A stretch of DNA of 64,000 nucleotides from the NCBI GenBank assembly GCA_030141605.1, contig JAQGDQ010000110.1, positions 434,001 through 498,000 of the forward strand. Reading direction: 5' to 3'. Position numbers and translations under genes: made by a program. This document shows positions 1-13,879 of the stretch, one piece after another. Positions within the stretch are counted from its first letter, which is position 1. The number at the start of each line of letters is the position of its first letter. The notes beneath the pieces are model-generated. The model saw only the letters and a list, made by a program, of their open reading frames with translations, was not told the DNA's origin and did no database searches. Source of the stretch: Tubiluchus corallicola. Taxonomy: Eukaryota; Animalia; Priapulida.

Positions 1-781
1 TACATTATGTGACATTTCTAAATACATTACTGTATTACCTGCCTACGCTGAGTTTGATTTTGAAAACCACTAGCACCGTGAAATTAGTCCATGTAATAAC
101 AATTTGTAATAATGGTACGAAGGACGCTATTCGATGATGTCACTTCTCTTGGATGACGTCATTCCCGTTTTACAGGGGTTAAGTGGCTAAAAACTACTAA
201 TGTATAACTTATTCTCGTGATCATTAAACTATGTAATTTGAAAGTCATTTTTGCAGCACCTGCTTTCGCTAAAGGTATGCCATCGTTTTCAAAATATTAT
301 CAGGTCTGGTTTGCCCGGAAGATAGGTAAAGCTTTTTAGGACTGATTGGCAATCCATCTAGTAAGAAATGTGCTCAGAAAAAAGCTCTGGTAACTGTTAA
401 AAAGCAAGTAAGCAACGTTCATTATTAAAGTTTAGCAAGTTGTGTATGTACCTAGTCAAATAGCTTCACAATTCTATTTCTACTGCAAATTATAATGCCC
501 CAGTACACACTATATTATTCCAATTTCAGAAAAATAGTCTACCATTTTGGCTTCCTGTTTTTAGCACTAATCATGTGAATCATTCCCTGTTAACAACAGA
601 TGGCAATATTCTTGCTTATTATTAGCAGTCATTACACCACGCTGAGTGATATGTAAGCGTAGCCTAATCGTTAGCTGGATTAATGAAGCTTATACATGTG
701 GATGTCCCATGGCGCTGGAATGGGGGGCTTGAAGAAATTAGACTTAGTAAAGGCCAACGAATAGTTGGGCATGGAGGACCA

Positions 782-836
782 TTTCTCTCTCTCCTCTTCT
801 CTCTCTCTCTGTCTCACGCACGCACGCACGCACGCA

Positions 837-872
<36 letters not shown>

Positions 873-902
873 GTGCCTCTGTCTCTGTCTCTGTTTCTCT
901 CT
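782..902. repeat. Compound microsatellite (CT)n / (GCAC)n / (CTGTCT)n
   Basis: Directly visible CT runs interrupted by GCAC repeats; explains the ORFs at 683-965. Confidence 0.95.
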
Positions 903-1067
903 CTTTTTGTGCCTTTTTCTTTTCATTGTAAACATGTAAATATGTTGTCTACACGTATGACATGAACTATGTTACATATAAAAATTAACAACAAAAAATA
1001 AAAAATTCAATCAAATGAAAATCAAACCAAAGCTCTCTTTTTTCTCTCTCATTTATTGATTACAGAT

Positions 1068-1110
1068 ATGTTGATGATGATGATAACGATGATGATGGTG
1101 ATGATGATGG
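1068..1110. repeat. Imperfect (GAT)n microsatellite
   Basis: gatgatgatgataacgatgatgatggtgatgatgatgg is visible. Confidence 0.85.
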
Positions 1111-4100
1111 TAAATCTTTTATTACACCTCTATTTGCAGGCTGAATACATCAGTATCAAAAATGAAATCCCTGTAAAGATATTAGAGACACACATAAATG
1201 CATACTGTACACAATTACATAAAAATAAAAGCAATTGTACAAAATTATATACAAATAAACAAATGCATGCGTATAAACACATGCGTTAGAATGTTCAAAA
1301 TATATACAAAATCTTTAGGTATTGTAAAGTTTTACATAATTGTTGTAATGATCTGATTCGAATTATAATTAAGTTGTTACTTCACCATTGTACACAACGT
1401 CTGTTGTCTATTAGATCTCTATAACTTTAGTACATAAGCAAACTAGTGATAATTTGTAAATATACGTGGAAAAAAACATCGTTGAAGTCTAAACAGTCGT
1501 TCCGCAAATAAAGGTATCCTAGCGATTAGTTAACGTTTTCACAATGTAGTCGTCTAAGTCCAAAAATGCAGTAATTATATACTATGGATAACAGATGGCT
1601 ATCTAAGCAAATGCCTAGTTACAAGAAATACTTCTGAAACAAGATGGAGACGAAAATGGAGGCATCCTTGGAAATAAGTGATTATTGCATGTTGCTGCGT
1701 TTACGGTGTGATAAAACAAACAAATTGTTTAAAAGCTGGGCAGCCTATCTATATGTTTTTATAACGGTTTTTGAAACAAGGCAAAAATATTATCGTTTCC
1801 ACTACGTGCCATGTGTGAAAACATCATAAGAAAACAACTATAAGATGGGTGCTACAAGCGTGTGCAAAACTTTAAGAAATGTATTCCGGAGTTTTCAGAT
1901 CTAGAAACCAGTTTTGCATCTGCTTCTGTAAGAACTTCTCAAAAGCAGTTTTGAAACGGTTATTTGCTTGGAACAAAGTATACATAAGCATTTAGCGAAG
2001 GCTTTTTGGGAGGTAAAAGGTCATTTCTGTCAAGGAATTGTCAGAAGGTAGCATTCGGTCTGGTGTTGGTGTTTTTGCACACGACTGTATGAACTCAACC
2101 TAACTCAACTTTCTAATATTTGTGCTTGCTCGAAGGAATCTAATATATTTATTGGCACCATGAATTCGGAGACGCAAATTGTGTGTATACTTAATAATAT
2201 TGACCGAGCAATGCATGTAAATGCGTAGCTGGAATGTTTGTATTTTATACCAGTAAACACGTGTTATTGCACGGCGGATCTTACAATTTATGCTCTGTTG
2301 TGGTACTGCGTTGCTTATAATGGAGGTATCTTGTAAAGGTCCTCTGGTTTCCCAAAATCCCTTTTAGTCGGTTTGCAGTAATTTACATCTAATTTGCGGT
2401 TCATCAAGAAACTGAAGTTTTATTAAACGAACCTGAACTTCTCATAGTCGCGAAGTTTTATGAAGCAATCCTGAATTGCTCACAGTAGTAGCCTAGAGCA
2501 GCCACTTACGACGTTGTTGTTGTTTTGTTCACTGCAGAATTTTCTTTGAAGCCTGTTCATATGTTGCTGCTACTGAATCCACGTTTGTCAGCGCCATTTC
2601 ACATGTTTTACGTTTATGTTGGATGTAACTCACTTACGTGCGTCTAATGGAAGTTCCTTGATTAATTGATCTGATTGTCTGGTTACTAACGGAGCCTGAT
2701 GACAAGGGCAAAAACACAAGGGATTCTGTTCTCAATTTTAGATAAAAAACATTTTTCGTTTCCCGTCTTCATTGTTGAGCGTCATCAGTAACTGTTGCCC
2801 TTTTTTTGAGAGGTGTATTCGATTCACCTGATGAATCTGGTGATCACTATGAATAAGAAACACCTTTATATTATTTATAATAAGTTTTATGATGATACAT
2901 TGCCAAATGATGATACAGTTTAATGATGATAACTGGGTATAATTGTAAATATGCTGGAGTTACTGACATTTACAAAAACTAAAAGAGCTAGTTTAAGAAT
3001 GCTGCATGTGATACTGCAGGTAATTACTGTAACAGTAACAGTAACAGTAACTAAGTAACAGTATCATTAATGCCATCGCTTACACGACTGGATGTGAATT
3101 GACTGAACGTAAGATTTGATTTTTAGGGTTGAAACATGTCACTAAAGAACAGTTACTCAGCTGCACAACAATAATTATAAATTCAACAGATTGACGAAAG
3201 CATGATTTGCTCGAGACAGTTAAAAAATTAAACGGTAAAAGGGAAAGTTCTATTCCTCATGTGTTCGTGTTTTATCCAGTAAAAGCCTTTGAAAAGGTGC
3301 GGCGTCTAGCAACCATGTCATGGTAATAAATAGACGTAATATCTGGAAAACACTTACTGTTTCGTGAAATCGAGTCGACTGTCTAAAAATCGATTGCAGC
3401 CGGAGACTCTTTGCTGTGAGCATCTTCGTAAACTTCTATAAATCATCGACATCCTAAACTCGATTTTATGGTTTCTGCTTGAATTTCTGCCCCGCGCATG
3501 CGCACTTACAAGCAACTCTTGCCTTAGTTGACGCCTGATCTATAGACAAAACATGTTCTCTATTAAATAGACAATAGTACAGCTTTGCACAGAAACCTAC
3601 TTTCTTTTTCTGTAGATGGGTTGCTCACCGAATAGAGTGTATTCATTAGATGACCGTCGAAAATACAGAGAAATATCACCACATTTAACAAAACCCTCTA
3701 AGAATGGTTAGCATTCGCACATTCAATTACATCTGTACGCTATTTGAATCTGATCATGGCTTGTTACTATGCGACTTATTATAGGAGGAAACGTTCCAGG
3801 GGGAGTTGGGCTGATTAGACTGCAAGACATACACATTTCTGTAGCCAGGGATCCTGATGAAAATGCATGAGAATAAAGCTGGAATGTAGCGATTACTATG
3901 GAAGAGCCTGAAGAGAAGCCAAACTGAACTTGAATATCGCTACAGCGAATGTAAAATGGAATGTAAGAGAGGGAGGGATAGGAGAAATGCGGAGAGAGAG
4001 AGGGACGAGACAGGAAAAAAGAGGGATTGAAGAGAGAAACAAAGAGAGAGGGAGAGAGAGGTCCTCTGGTGCACAGTCCTCACAAATTTGCAGGGAATTT

Positions 4101-4181
4101 TTATTTTTATTAATTTCCGGCAGTGCACTTATTTGGTAACCGAATCCAATATCTACATTAGACGTGTTTTCCTGGATCAGC

Positions 4182-4231
4182 ATGAACCGGTTAGTGGCTG
4201 AAGCTGTCAGCTTCCTCATCTTTTCCTTCCT
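4182..4231 (+). CDS. Candidate alternative first coding exon of the CaaX-protein gene (MNRLVAEAVSFLIFSF+L)
   Basis: ATG at 4182, 16 codons + 2 nt, then a consensus GTAAGT donor at 4232. Phase 2 is compatible with the acceptors at 9417 and 35167. Confidence 0.5.
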
Positions 4232-6400
4232 GTAAGTTGCTTCTGTAGTTAGATGTGAACGCCCCGCTGCTTGCACCTAAACCGCAGAAAAATTCGACCG
4301 TGAAGAAACTGTTGGATTTTTAGTAAAATGTTGTCGGAACCATGTTGCCAAACTGCACAGATGGTTTCATTATGCAACTGAAATCGTGTTCCAGTATACC
4401 AGGCTTCTCGAAGGAATGTTGAGATCCAGATTAGAATAGCACACTTCGTGTACTTTGAAAGTAGGGACGCGTAAACCTGGCTAGTAGTTAGGGTGACACG
4501 CATGAGCATCTAAAAGCTTTTGCATTTTTATCGAAACTAGGTCACAGCTTGCATTAGATTAAGACCCAACTTTCATTTGCTCACAATGTATTTGTGGTTG
4601 TACATTTTGTACATGATGTCATAAAGGTTTATTGAGAAGAAATGAATATCACAATAATTTACATATGAAATTAAACGTAGTCACAAAATTATGAATAGGT
4701 GTATAACACGTGATTATAATGTAGGGGTCTGCTACCCTCTGCTCTGCATGCATGAAAGTAATGTAGATTTTGTACACCTTGCTGAATAGGTGGTACTTCT
4801 GCTGGTATAATAAAATCGCCATTATATGCTGGTTTTTGTACAAGAATACTCAGAGAAGCAGCATGATGATTAAATACTAAATGAATTTATGATGTTGAAT
4901 GATTATATGATGAGTTTGTCATTCAACTAATATAATTATAATTCTTATAATGAGCAACTACTAAATTATGAAAAATTAAGGTAATACAAAGAGACGGAAA
5001 TCGTGTACATTTCGGGTTAAGAATAACATAAAATTCGTGCCTACAAAATCTTTAAAATGTATTTATTCTAGATACGGTCTTTATGCACTTTTTTATGATA
5101 ACAGCTTCGCCTATATTGCCCATATGCTAACCGGAAATTCGGAGAACCAGCCGTATGACGAACCGGAAGACACTATCGTCTTTTAGTGTTTGCTTGTAAT
5201 GCATATCTGAAGGTCTGAAAAAAAACTGTCAATTTATCTATCTAGACTATGATTGTATGCATTTTCCCCAGTTCTTTATTTGAAGCCAGTGTTGATTTAT
5301 TTAGAACGTTCTTGCGAAATCCAAGTCTTCGAATCTCGCCAATTGTTATTAGGTAATTAAAAACTTTTCTGAGATACCACTTTCTATGATACGTGCACTG
5401 TTTTTGCATTACAAATGATTACTGCTTAATGATTATTATAATCTCGGGTATTCAAATTAATTGTGCACTTCAGATAACAACTGCATGAAAATGATGGTGT
5501 TGTTCATTTCTGATCCCAAATTACAATTCTGGTACACCTCTTTCCATTTCTTATTTTTCATTATATATGTTCACAATTAAAATTTTGTAACAAGATGGAT
5601 CGTGCACTTTCCGTTTGTATAATAGTACTTGCCGTATTTTGTTATACCAAGACCCTTACAAGTTGCATTTATAGCGGACTATAGATTGGTATTAGGTATG
5701 GTCTCCTGTGTTTCCTGGGTAATAATAATTATATCTTTGGTCTGAGAAATCAGGCATAGATATCTTGCTCAGCCACCGAACCATCATTATTTAAAATGCG
5801 GTATAATGAGTGCAACGGGTTCAGTGTTGCCGTAGAGTGTGCAATGAGCAAACGCTGTCCGGTATTTTGTGCATCTTTGGCTGTTTATCATTTCCGATGA
5901 ATTTGATGTTGCATTAGTATTTTGTGTTCTAAGTACGCGATCATTTTTTGTGTAGTTTAATAATCCTTTAGGAAATTGTACTATGAGTTTGAATAATTTA
6001 CACACACTCTACGTTAACATACTTATTCACGCTTGTTGTCTCTTACTATTCACTACGCTTGACGCATATTCTCTAGCATGTACTACATCAAAAATGCAAT
6101 CTTTTTCTAATGCTGCGCCATATTGTATACGCATTCCAGGTTTTTGCAATTCCAATGATGTCCCGGAGTTTAAGCTCATACACAGAAACTTGTTCAATGT
6201 ATATTATACTAGAGCCTGCTGGTTTAGTGACGGTATTTTGTTTTTAGTTTTTCGGCAAGAATAACAATGTCTAAGAAACCTACTTACACACCAGCCGGCG
6301 ACGCTGCAGCGTGAAACCCTGCAGGAAGCCAAAACTGTTTACATTCACGCACTGAGGAAAACCAGGAGGAGATGTTTCTGTGAAAAAAGAGGGAAGAAAA

Positions 6401-6459
6401 ATGCCCAGCCTGGAGCGATCATCCGTTTCCACGATGATAAAAGCTAAGAAAGTCACGTG
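6401..6459 (+). CDS. Candidate first coding exon of the CaaX-protein gene (MPSLERSSVSTMIKAKKVT+W)
   Basis: ATG at 6401 (AAAATG) with an in-frame upstream stop at 6353. 19 codons + TG, then a GTAAAT donor at 6460. Phase 2 joins G9418 to give TGG (Trp), reading KKVTWQD. Confidence 0.55.
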
Positions 6460-6869
6460 GTAAATCAATAATTACATCAATACTGCTTCTGCATGAATGC
6501 CTGGCAAGATGACGTCACGTGATGAAAGAGTTGCAGACTTGCTGTATATTGCACATAATTATATTGTAATATTATTATTAAGAGTTCCACTATGTACCAT
6601 TACATTCGTGTACTCCACTATAACTATAATGCATGTTTCATTATTACAAGTCAGAAACACTGTCAACTGCAAACTTAATTCAGTACTAAAATATTATAAA
6701 TAACTTGCGTGGTTTAAAATATTTTCAAAATTATCAGAAACTTTCGCTCTCGTAGGGAATGGAATTTGGCTGAAATTTTCGTCGGTTTTTAGCTACGTGT
6801 ACTAAAATTGTAAAACATAAACAGAATAAGAACAAAAAATTAAAAAAGTAACAGAAAAGAACAAGAAAC

Positions 6870-6947
6870 TTATAGCTAAAACACCACAACTTTATTAAAA
6901 CCTTTAATTTTAAAAGTTCTAATAAAATTGTGGTGTTTTAACTATAA
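6870..6947. repeat. 78-bp near-perfect inverted repeat (38-bp arms, 2-nt spacer, 4 mismatches)
   Basis: ttatagctaaaacaccacaactttattaaaacctttaa / ttaaaagttctaataaaattgtggtgttttaactataa, paired base by base. Confidence 0.9.
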
Positions 6948-9417
6948 ATGCTTTAAGTGCCTGCAATAAAAAAATGAACAAGAAATTATTGTTATTCACT
7001 TATTCACTGTATTATTACAATACTAATGTGTACTTGGCTGCTTCTGCTTAGTTGTTTTAGTCTTCTTCAACAGATGTCGCCAGCTGGGCGATTTAGTTGA
7101 TCGGCAGCTATTTGAGAATAAAATTTAGCGTCGGTCTAGTTCGAGGCTTTCGTGTGATCGATCTATGACAGTAATAAAATGACGGAAAGCGTTTTATGCG
7201 CTAATAATCTAATAACAGAAGTTTATTGCAGAGACGATGAGGCAGCAGTAAAGCTTAATTAGTATGTTTGCTCGTTAAAACATCAAGCGGAAGCTTGTTG
7301 AGTTTTTTCATGAAATCTTTTTAAAGCTTCGGTGTTTTATGGCCTCAATAAATAGACAAGTGAGGCAGGTTTCCCAAGTTCTGGCACAAACACCGTAATT
7401 ATAATTATAGAGATGTCCATGTCTCTATGATATTTATGTCTAATACAGCAAGCAGCATAGCTTAGCGTTCCGTTAAGTTTCACGCCACTGTTTAATTGAT
7501 TAAACCTTTTGTTGAAGTCATTTCGTCAGTTTAATCATGTCTAAAAATGATAGACAATATTATTAATAGCCGAATAGCAGCTTTTGTGCATTTACTGCTA
7601 AAATTTCTATATATATGCCACTGTTGATTGATAGTTTAGTTACAAATGACCACTTGACTACCACGTTCTTGGGACACTTTATGGTTATCACAATGATAAA
7701 ATAAAAGCATGGAGATTTTGGCACATTGCAAAGCATTTATTGAATAGGTGTTCGCTGACTTTTGGTTCTATTTACAGCACATACGCGCATCATTAACAGC
7801 AACAAATATTGTTTTATAATTTGCAATGTAGAACAACGTATTTTGATTCTGTTTGAACAATCTATATAAGTATTCGCTGGCTTTTGCATTAATAGTAGTA
7901 CAGTACGACACGCTTGTTTAATTGGCTTCTCCATGAATATGCAAAACGTTTACCAGCTGCCACAGGGAAAAAAATAGAGTGACTCTATAGCTGGTATTTG
8001 ATGAATGATGAAAGGTGTTCATTAGCTTCTGCATGTTCATTAACTACAAAATGTTCACTGGCTTCTATGGAAACCGCTGAATCAAACAGACCCAGAATTC
8101 AGACAAGATGCATAACGTTGTAGAACAAATATGGCGAAACACTTCATCAGCTATATGGGGCCAGTCCTATGGAACAGACTAAGCCGCAATTCGAAATGTA
8201 GTCACTCCCTTTTAACTTTTAAAAAAACCGTCAGAAAAGAAATATTTCAAAAGTATTGAAGAGTAACACAATTTGATAATGGTAATAACCTGCATTTTTT
8301 GCTACAGTAATCTTAATATAACGTGACTATGTTTAACAGGATACTGAACACTTTGTAACCATGATCACAGTTTTTCTTAGTTTCTCGCTCCATTTCATCT
8401 TTCATTCACTACTCCCCCCCATTTTTTTTAAGATTTCCACATACAGTTTGGCCTGTCAAGCTATGCTTTTAGGCTCAAACTGTATGCATCAAAAAATTAT
8501 TCTGTAATGAAATTTGCACATGTATATCCCGCATTATGAAATTTCTTAATAATATTGCATTTATTCATATTTATATTTATATTTACTCAAATGGAAAATT
8601 ATCTGTATTTTAATGCTAATTGTAATGATGCAATGTGGAAAATGAATAAAACTCTTGAAACTCTCTCTTGAACGCATGTTCACATGTTTCTTCTGATGAT
8701 ATGAACAAACTGAAGTTACGAAATTGTTGACGGTTTCTACATTAGACATCTATTAGTGGTTTCTGTGTACAATGAACAATGTAAGCAGTTCAGCGATATA
8801 CGTATGAACTAGGACAGCCGTTCGCTAGTTCTTGCATGAACATTTGCAGATTCTCACTAGATCTGGTCTGAAATACGCAAGATTTTTAGCGACTTGTGTT
8901 AACCAAGTAAAATATTTTCTAGCTGTCTTGTTCGTTAGCTTACCCTAGAACATCACAACATAGCTTTTGCATGAATTATTCAAGATGTTCATTTGCCTTT
9001 GCACGAACAACGCAAAAATTTTTTGATTTCCATTTAAACGGCAGAAGAACTGACGCAATGTGCGTTGGCAACAATAATGCAATATGCCTAATAAAGTCAG
9101 CATGAAGTGTGTGCAATATTCACTGGGCCAAGAACGAATCATGCTAGATGTTCGTAGTCATCTTCAAGGACAAAAAAATGTTCATTAGCTTGTGCAAGAG
9201 GAGCACAAACTGGACAGTGGCCACTGCCTCACTGGTTTCAGCTCAAACAACGCAAGGTCTTATTTCGTGAACAATGCACGGTGTTCACTCGTTTCTGCAT
9301 GAATGCCACCTTTGTTGTGCGAGAAAGAGACGAATATTGGCTGCACCTATAAATTTTGTTTTTAATGTGTTTCACTGATTGTTTTTTAAAGCTCCAAATG
9401 ATTTGTGCATTTTCCAG

Positions 9418-9630
9418 GCAAGATAGTTGTGATAACGGATGCCCGGAGATAGTAAAAGTACAATATTTTGAGAGTGAGAAGCCAAGGCAGCTCTTCTCTC
9501 CACCCTCAACAACGCTAGAATCTCCCGTTAGCCCAACTACGTCGACGCTCTTATCAAGTCTACTGCCCAACGGCTATCGAGCGGCTACGCCAGACCATCC
9601 TATGTTTATCGAGCAACCATTTAAAATTAA
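9418..9630 (+). CDS. Internal 213-nt phase 2-2 coding exon (QDSCDNGCPEIVKVQYFESEKPRQLFSPPSTTLESPVSPTT...PFKI), Ser/Pro/Thr-rich
   Basis: Polypyrimidine acceptor cattttccag ending at 9417, open frame throughout, GTAAGT donor at 9631. Length divisible by 3. Phase matches the exon at 35168 (AA+C = Asn). Confidence 0.7.
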
Positions 9631-11183
9631 GTAAGTAGCTGCTGAAATATCTAGTTGAATTTTTTATTTATAAATCAAAATTTTTGTTTGACTTTTAATT
9701 AAAATTTCGTTTGGTGTTTGAGTCGAGAGTTAAAGCTATTGCAAGCTGTTAGATTGTATTTTGGGTATTGTGAGATGCATTAAATTGAAACTTTTGTCCT
9801 CTAATAATTAATGCAATTAAATGCGTTTTCAATTAATTGAGCAAATTAAAGGACTGGAAACAGCAAAACTAAATTGAAAATCAGACGAAGAAGAAAAAAC
9901 ATGGTTGATGTAGGAAGGGTTAAACGACTACATGTACTAAAAACAGAGTTAAACCAACTAGGCGAGAATATACAAATTATTTTAAAAATCTTCCACCAGG
10001 TGTCAGCACGAACTCGAAAGCTCATTTTCCAACTATCGTGAACGTCTAGTCAATACATTCAGGGCTAGTATAACGTTCAGCTGCGTCTGTATAAGTTCAG
10101 TATGCTGTAGCAGTTAATAATTTGCCCTGTATAGAGAATGTGCTTGTATGTCTGTTAGTTCCTCACTAAATTGTTGAATTGGGGCAAAATCATGTCTAAA
10201 ACCAGGTAGGAATTTTATTTTGTGAATTATCGAGTAGTATAATGGTGGGTGGAAGAGTAGACCTGAGCCTGCGCTAGCCTTATAGCCTACTATTTGCTTA
10301 GTGCCTACGGCAAAACATGAAATGAAGTATGTTAGAGATGTAGGTTTGGCATTAAGATGCCTTTTGCAAGGAGGGGCATCCGTATTTTAAACTTTAGTAG
10401 CTGATTTTGTATTAGTATCATAGTGTATAATATTTTAATTCAGTGTTTTCAAGTTACACGTTAATGTATAGATGTAGCCATAAGACGGGTGGCCTTGCGT
10501 TTAAAGAAAATTATGATTGCCTACCGTTCAGCGTTATTCAGGTACGCGATGAAGTTCAATGTAAACAAACATTGCTGCAGGCAAAGTCCGTTTACTGCCA
10601 TTAAATCGAGTGTTGTACCAACTAGGGGAGCCTAACTTTGTTCATTACGATCCCCACTGTTGATTCATAAAGATAAAGATATTCGTTAGCATATGCTTGA
10701 CCTAATATTTCGCAGTAAATGCACTGAATAACGAGTATTTAGTACGATTTTGGTGCTTACGTGAGAACTAAAAAATTATTTGACAATGTCTATAATAGAA
10801 GTTTGAAAATTGTCAAGAAGCGAAGCTCCCAGGCTTGCAATTGCAAACCAGAGTCCCGCTTAATTGTAACAGACAGTTTAGTAGGGCTTTCATTTTGCGT
10901 GCCACTTATTTACCTTTTTTGGCTAATAATATTTTTACATGAAAAACGTCAACGGTTAGTAGCATAAACCTGATACTCCTGCAGTAATGTATGGTACAGA
11001 ATTCTGTCCAACTTTTTCATTTTGCTCATAGATGTAGCTTTCAAAATACTGACCTATTGGAATATTTAAAAGTACGAGTATTAACTAGAACATGCTTTTA
11101 TACATATTAATACTTAAACATCAAAGTTACATTTGCGTAAAAGCCAAGTATAAGTTTTTAAAGTTGCGTGTATGCTGCTAGGA

Positions 11184-11803
11184 ACAAACATAATGAACAT
11201 GTTGCAACAAACATAATGAGCAGGTTGCAACAAACATAATGAACAGTTTGCAACAAACATAATGAACATGTTGCAACAAATATAATGAGCAGGATGCAAC
11301 AAACATAATGAGCAGGATGCAACAAACGTAATGAGCAGGTTGCAACAAACATAATGAACATGTTGCAACAAACATAATGAGCAGGTTGCAACAAACATAA
11401 TGAACAGTTTGCAGCAAACATAATGAACATGTTGCAACAAACATAATGAGCATGATGCAACAAACATAATGAGCAGGATGCAACAAACATAATGAGCAGG
11501 ATGCAATGAACATAATGAGCAGGATGCAACAAACATAATGAGCAGGTTGCAACAAACATAATGAGCAGGTTGCAACAAACATAATGAACATGTTGCAACA
11601 AACATAATGAGCAGGTTGCAACAAACATAATGAGCAGGTTGCAACAAACATAATGAGCAGGTTGTAACAAACATAATGAACATGTTGCAACAAACATGAT
11701 GAGCAGGTTGCAACAAACATAATGAGCAGGATGCAACAAACATAATGAACAGTTTGCAACAAACATAATGAGCAAGATGCAACAAACATAATGAGCAGGT
11801 TGC
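11184..11803. repeat. 23-bp minisatellite, about 27 units (AACAAACATAATG-[AGCAGGT/AACATGT/AGCAGGA/AACAGTT]-TGC)
   Basis: Head-to-tail units read directly; a constant 16 bp plus a variable 7-bp core; no unique spacers. Confidence 0.97.
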
Positions 11804-13879
11804 ACGGCTAAATTTTAATACGCAATAATTTTTGATGCTCACGTATTTGAAAAAACTGTTAAATAGAAATATTAAAGGAATATTAGAACTGAGTCATTAG
11901 GAATCGTTTGAGAGTGAATTATGAACAGTCAAAATCAAGAGCGACTGCTATGCTTTAAGACTAATAGAGGGCTACATACATATGGTCAGAGAATGTATTA
12001 TCCGCTACGCTTAATGGTGCTGTAGAAATGTGAATCCCGTTGATCATTTCTCTGTGGGACACTTTCATGTGTATGAGTTCTTCTTTAGCGAGCCATTCCG
12101 CCCACTGGCTAGAAAACTTTTGTTTTAGGTCGCTTACGTTATTCAAAAGCGAGATAGTTTCAAATTTTAAAAAACTTAAACTTTTCTGCAATTCTTTTAG
12201 GTTGTTGTGCTTAATTTACTTATATACATGTAAACACCAGTGCCCTTTACACACTGGCTATAATCAATCAACGAAAAAGTTCCTACATGTACTTTAATAG
12301 TACAAGCAATGATATTAAATTTTGTTTTTCCTATCGTCATCGCTTTGCGGATGACAAATTATTTCAGTGCAGTAAAACTGTATGAAATATCATTTTTCTT
12401 GGCTTCATATCCAAGTTATTAAAATTTGATTCATCCATTCATTAGCTGTGCTACAGTTAATCATCTTGGTCTATTGCTTTTCGCAAATTTGCGTTAAATT
12501 TTTGTGATTAATGCATCGAGGCTCGTAAGGGGATGCTGGACTTGAGATACTTTGCTTTCTGAACAGCTGTCTCGCGGTAGCAATAAATGTGTCTTAATCA
12601 TTTTTTAATTTTGCAAAATTGTACGTTTGAACCGAAGTTAAGCAATGCTCAGCATGATTAAAGAATGGATGAGTGACCGCCCAAAAATTGGCTTTAGGGC
12701 ATTTCCTACTGACATATTTGCCTTCAGTTATTTCTGTCGTTAAAGAAAGATGCATCTGAACTTAGTTGAAACCTCAGCTGGTTCAGTATCGCTGCCTTAA
12801 AGGTTCTACCACATCTGTCTGCATTAAAGAGCTTTGCCAAATTGTGAGTGATTTTCTCCTGATTTGTGCTGCACTTGTTTACTACGAAACTTATATGAGT
12901 TATATATGAAGTCATATATGTGCTGAATTTATTATCCTACTTGTTTTTGCTGTAATTGTGTTGTACACGGTTGCTTAGCCGCCTGTAGTCACCACCTCCC
13001 CCTTCCGCACCCAATTATAGCTAGGTATTTGACTCTGCTTTGTGTGCAAATTTGCTGAAACAGAGTGTGATATATATAGCATGATTCAAATGTGTTAAAA
13101 ATGGGGAAAGTTGAAAGTAAAAGTTCTAAACAGGTTATAAAGCCATACCAGTTCAAAAAGGGTTGAAACATTATGCCTAGTTTAAATGTGAAAGGTTTGG
13201 CAAAGAGCCAAACTGAAAGAGATTCATGTTTTGCATTATGGTAGTGTTTACTAGTTTTACTGTTTTGATGTGACGATTATAGCCAAGTACCCATGTGTTA
13301 GGATACTTTTGTGCAATATCATAATGTCACAATTTTATAATTTTTTATTTAGTCAAAGGCAAAGTATCTTAGGTGACGAATTTTTTTAAGAAGGCGACTT
13401 TGAAGAAGAAAAATTAAACTTATTAGAAATTATATACTTTGCATTTTTGTGCCAATCTAGAACGTTTTATATCGAGTAATATGAAAAGATACGTTTTTGA
13501 ACAATGAGAACGTTATGCATGAAAATTCAAACCTGTCTAGTTACACAACCACCCCATCGCGGCATCTCTCCATACTATATACATCTTGCCTCTGACATCT
13601 TTCAAATCTCAAGATTGGGGTTTATTATTTAATAATAAATAATTAATAGTCCTACAGCTCTATTCATTTAGCACTCTTTTCCTAGCTTACCTTTTTTGTG
13701 TTTTACACAGGTGTGCTTGTATAACATTTGCTGTATCTCTGACTTCCACATTTAGTTTTCACCTAGTCCTATGTTTAAAGCAAGACCCGATCTTAAATTG
13801 TAGGTCAAAACAATCTACTCTTTAAAATATGGAAAGGAAACATACTATTTTTTCAGTTCAGATGTGTTAGTTTATGATG

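Noticed and set aside
1-183. Segment ending ...acaggggttaa, like a piggyBac-type terminus with a TTAA site
   Set aside because: The matching end would lie outside the window; only a few bases of evidence.
683-1289. ORFs rich in SL/ER/M runs (similar ones at 28755-29010, 47938-48339, 55524-55775, 57699-58010 and 60324-60710)
   Set aside because: Microsatellite translations.
11114-11842. Three overlapping Cys-rich ORFs of 203-242 aa; also a superficial CRISPR-like periodicity
   Set aside because: All three frames are open only because the 23-bp unit lacks minus-strand stops. The variable cores are 7 bp and recur, so they are not spacers; there are no cas genes and the context is eukaryotic.
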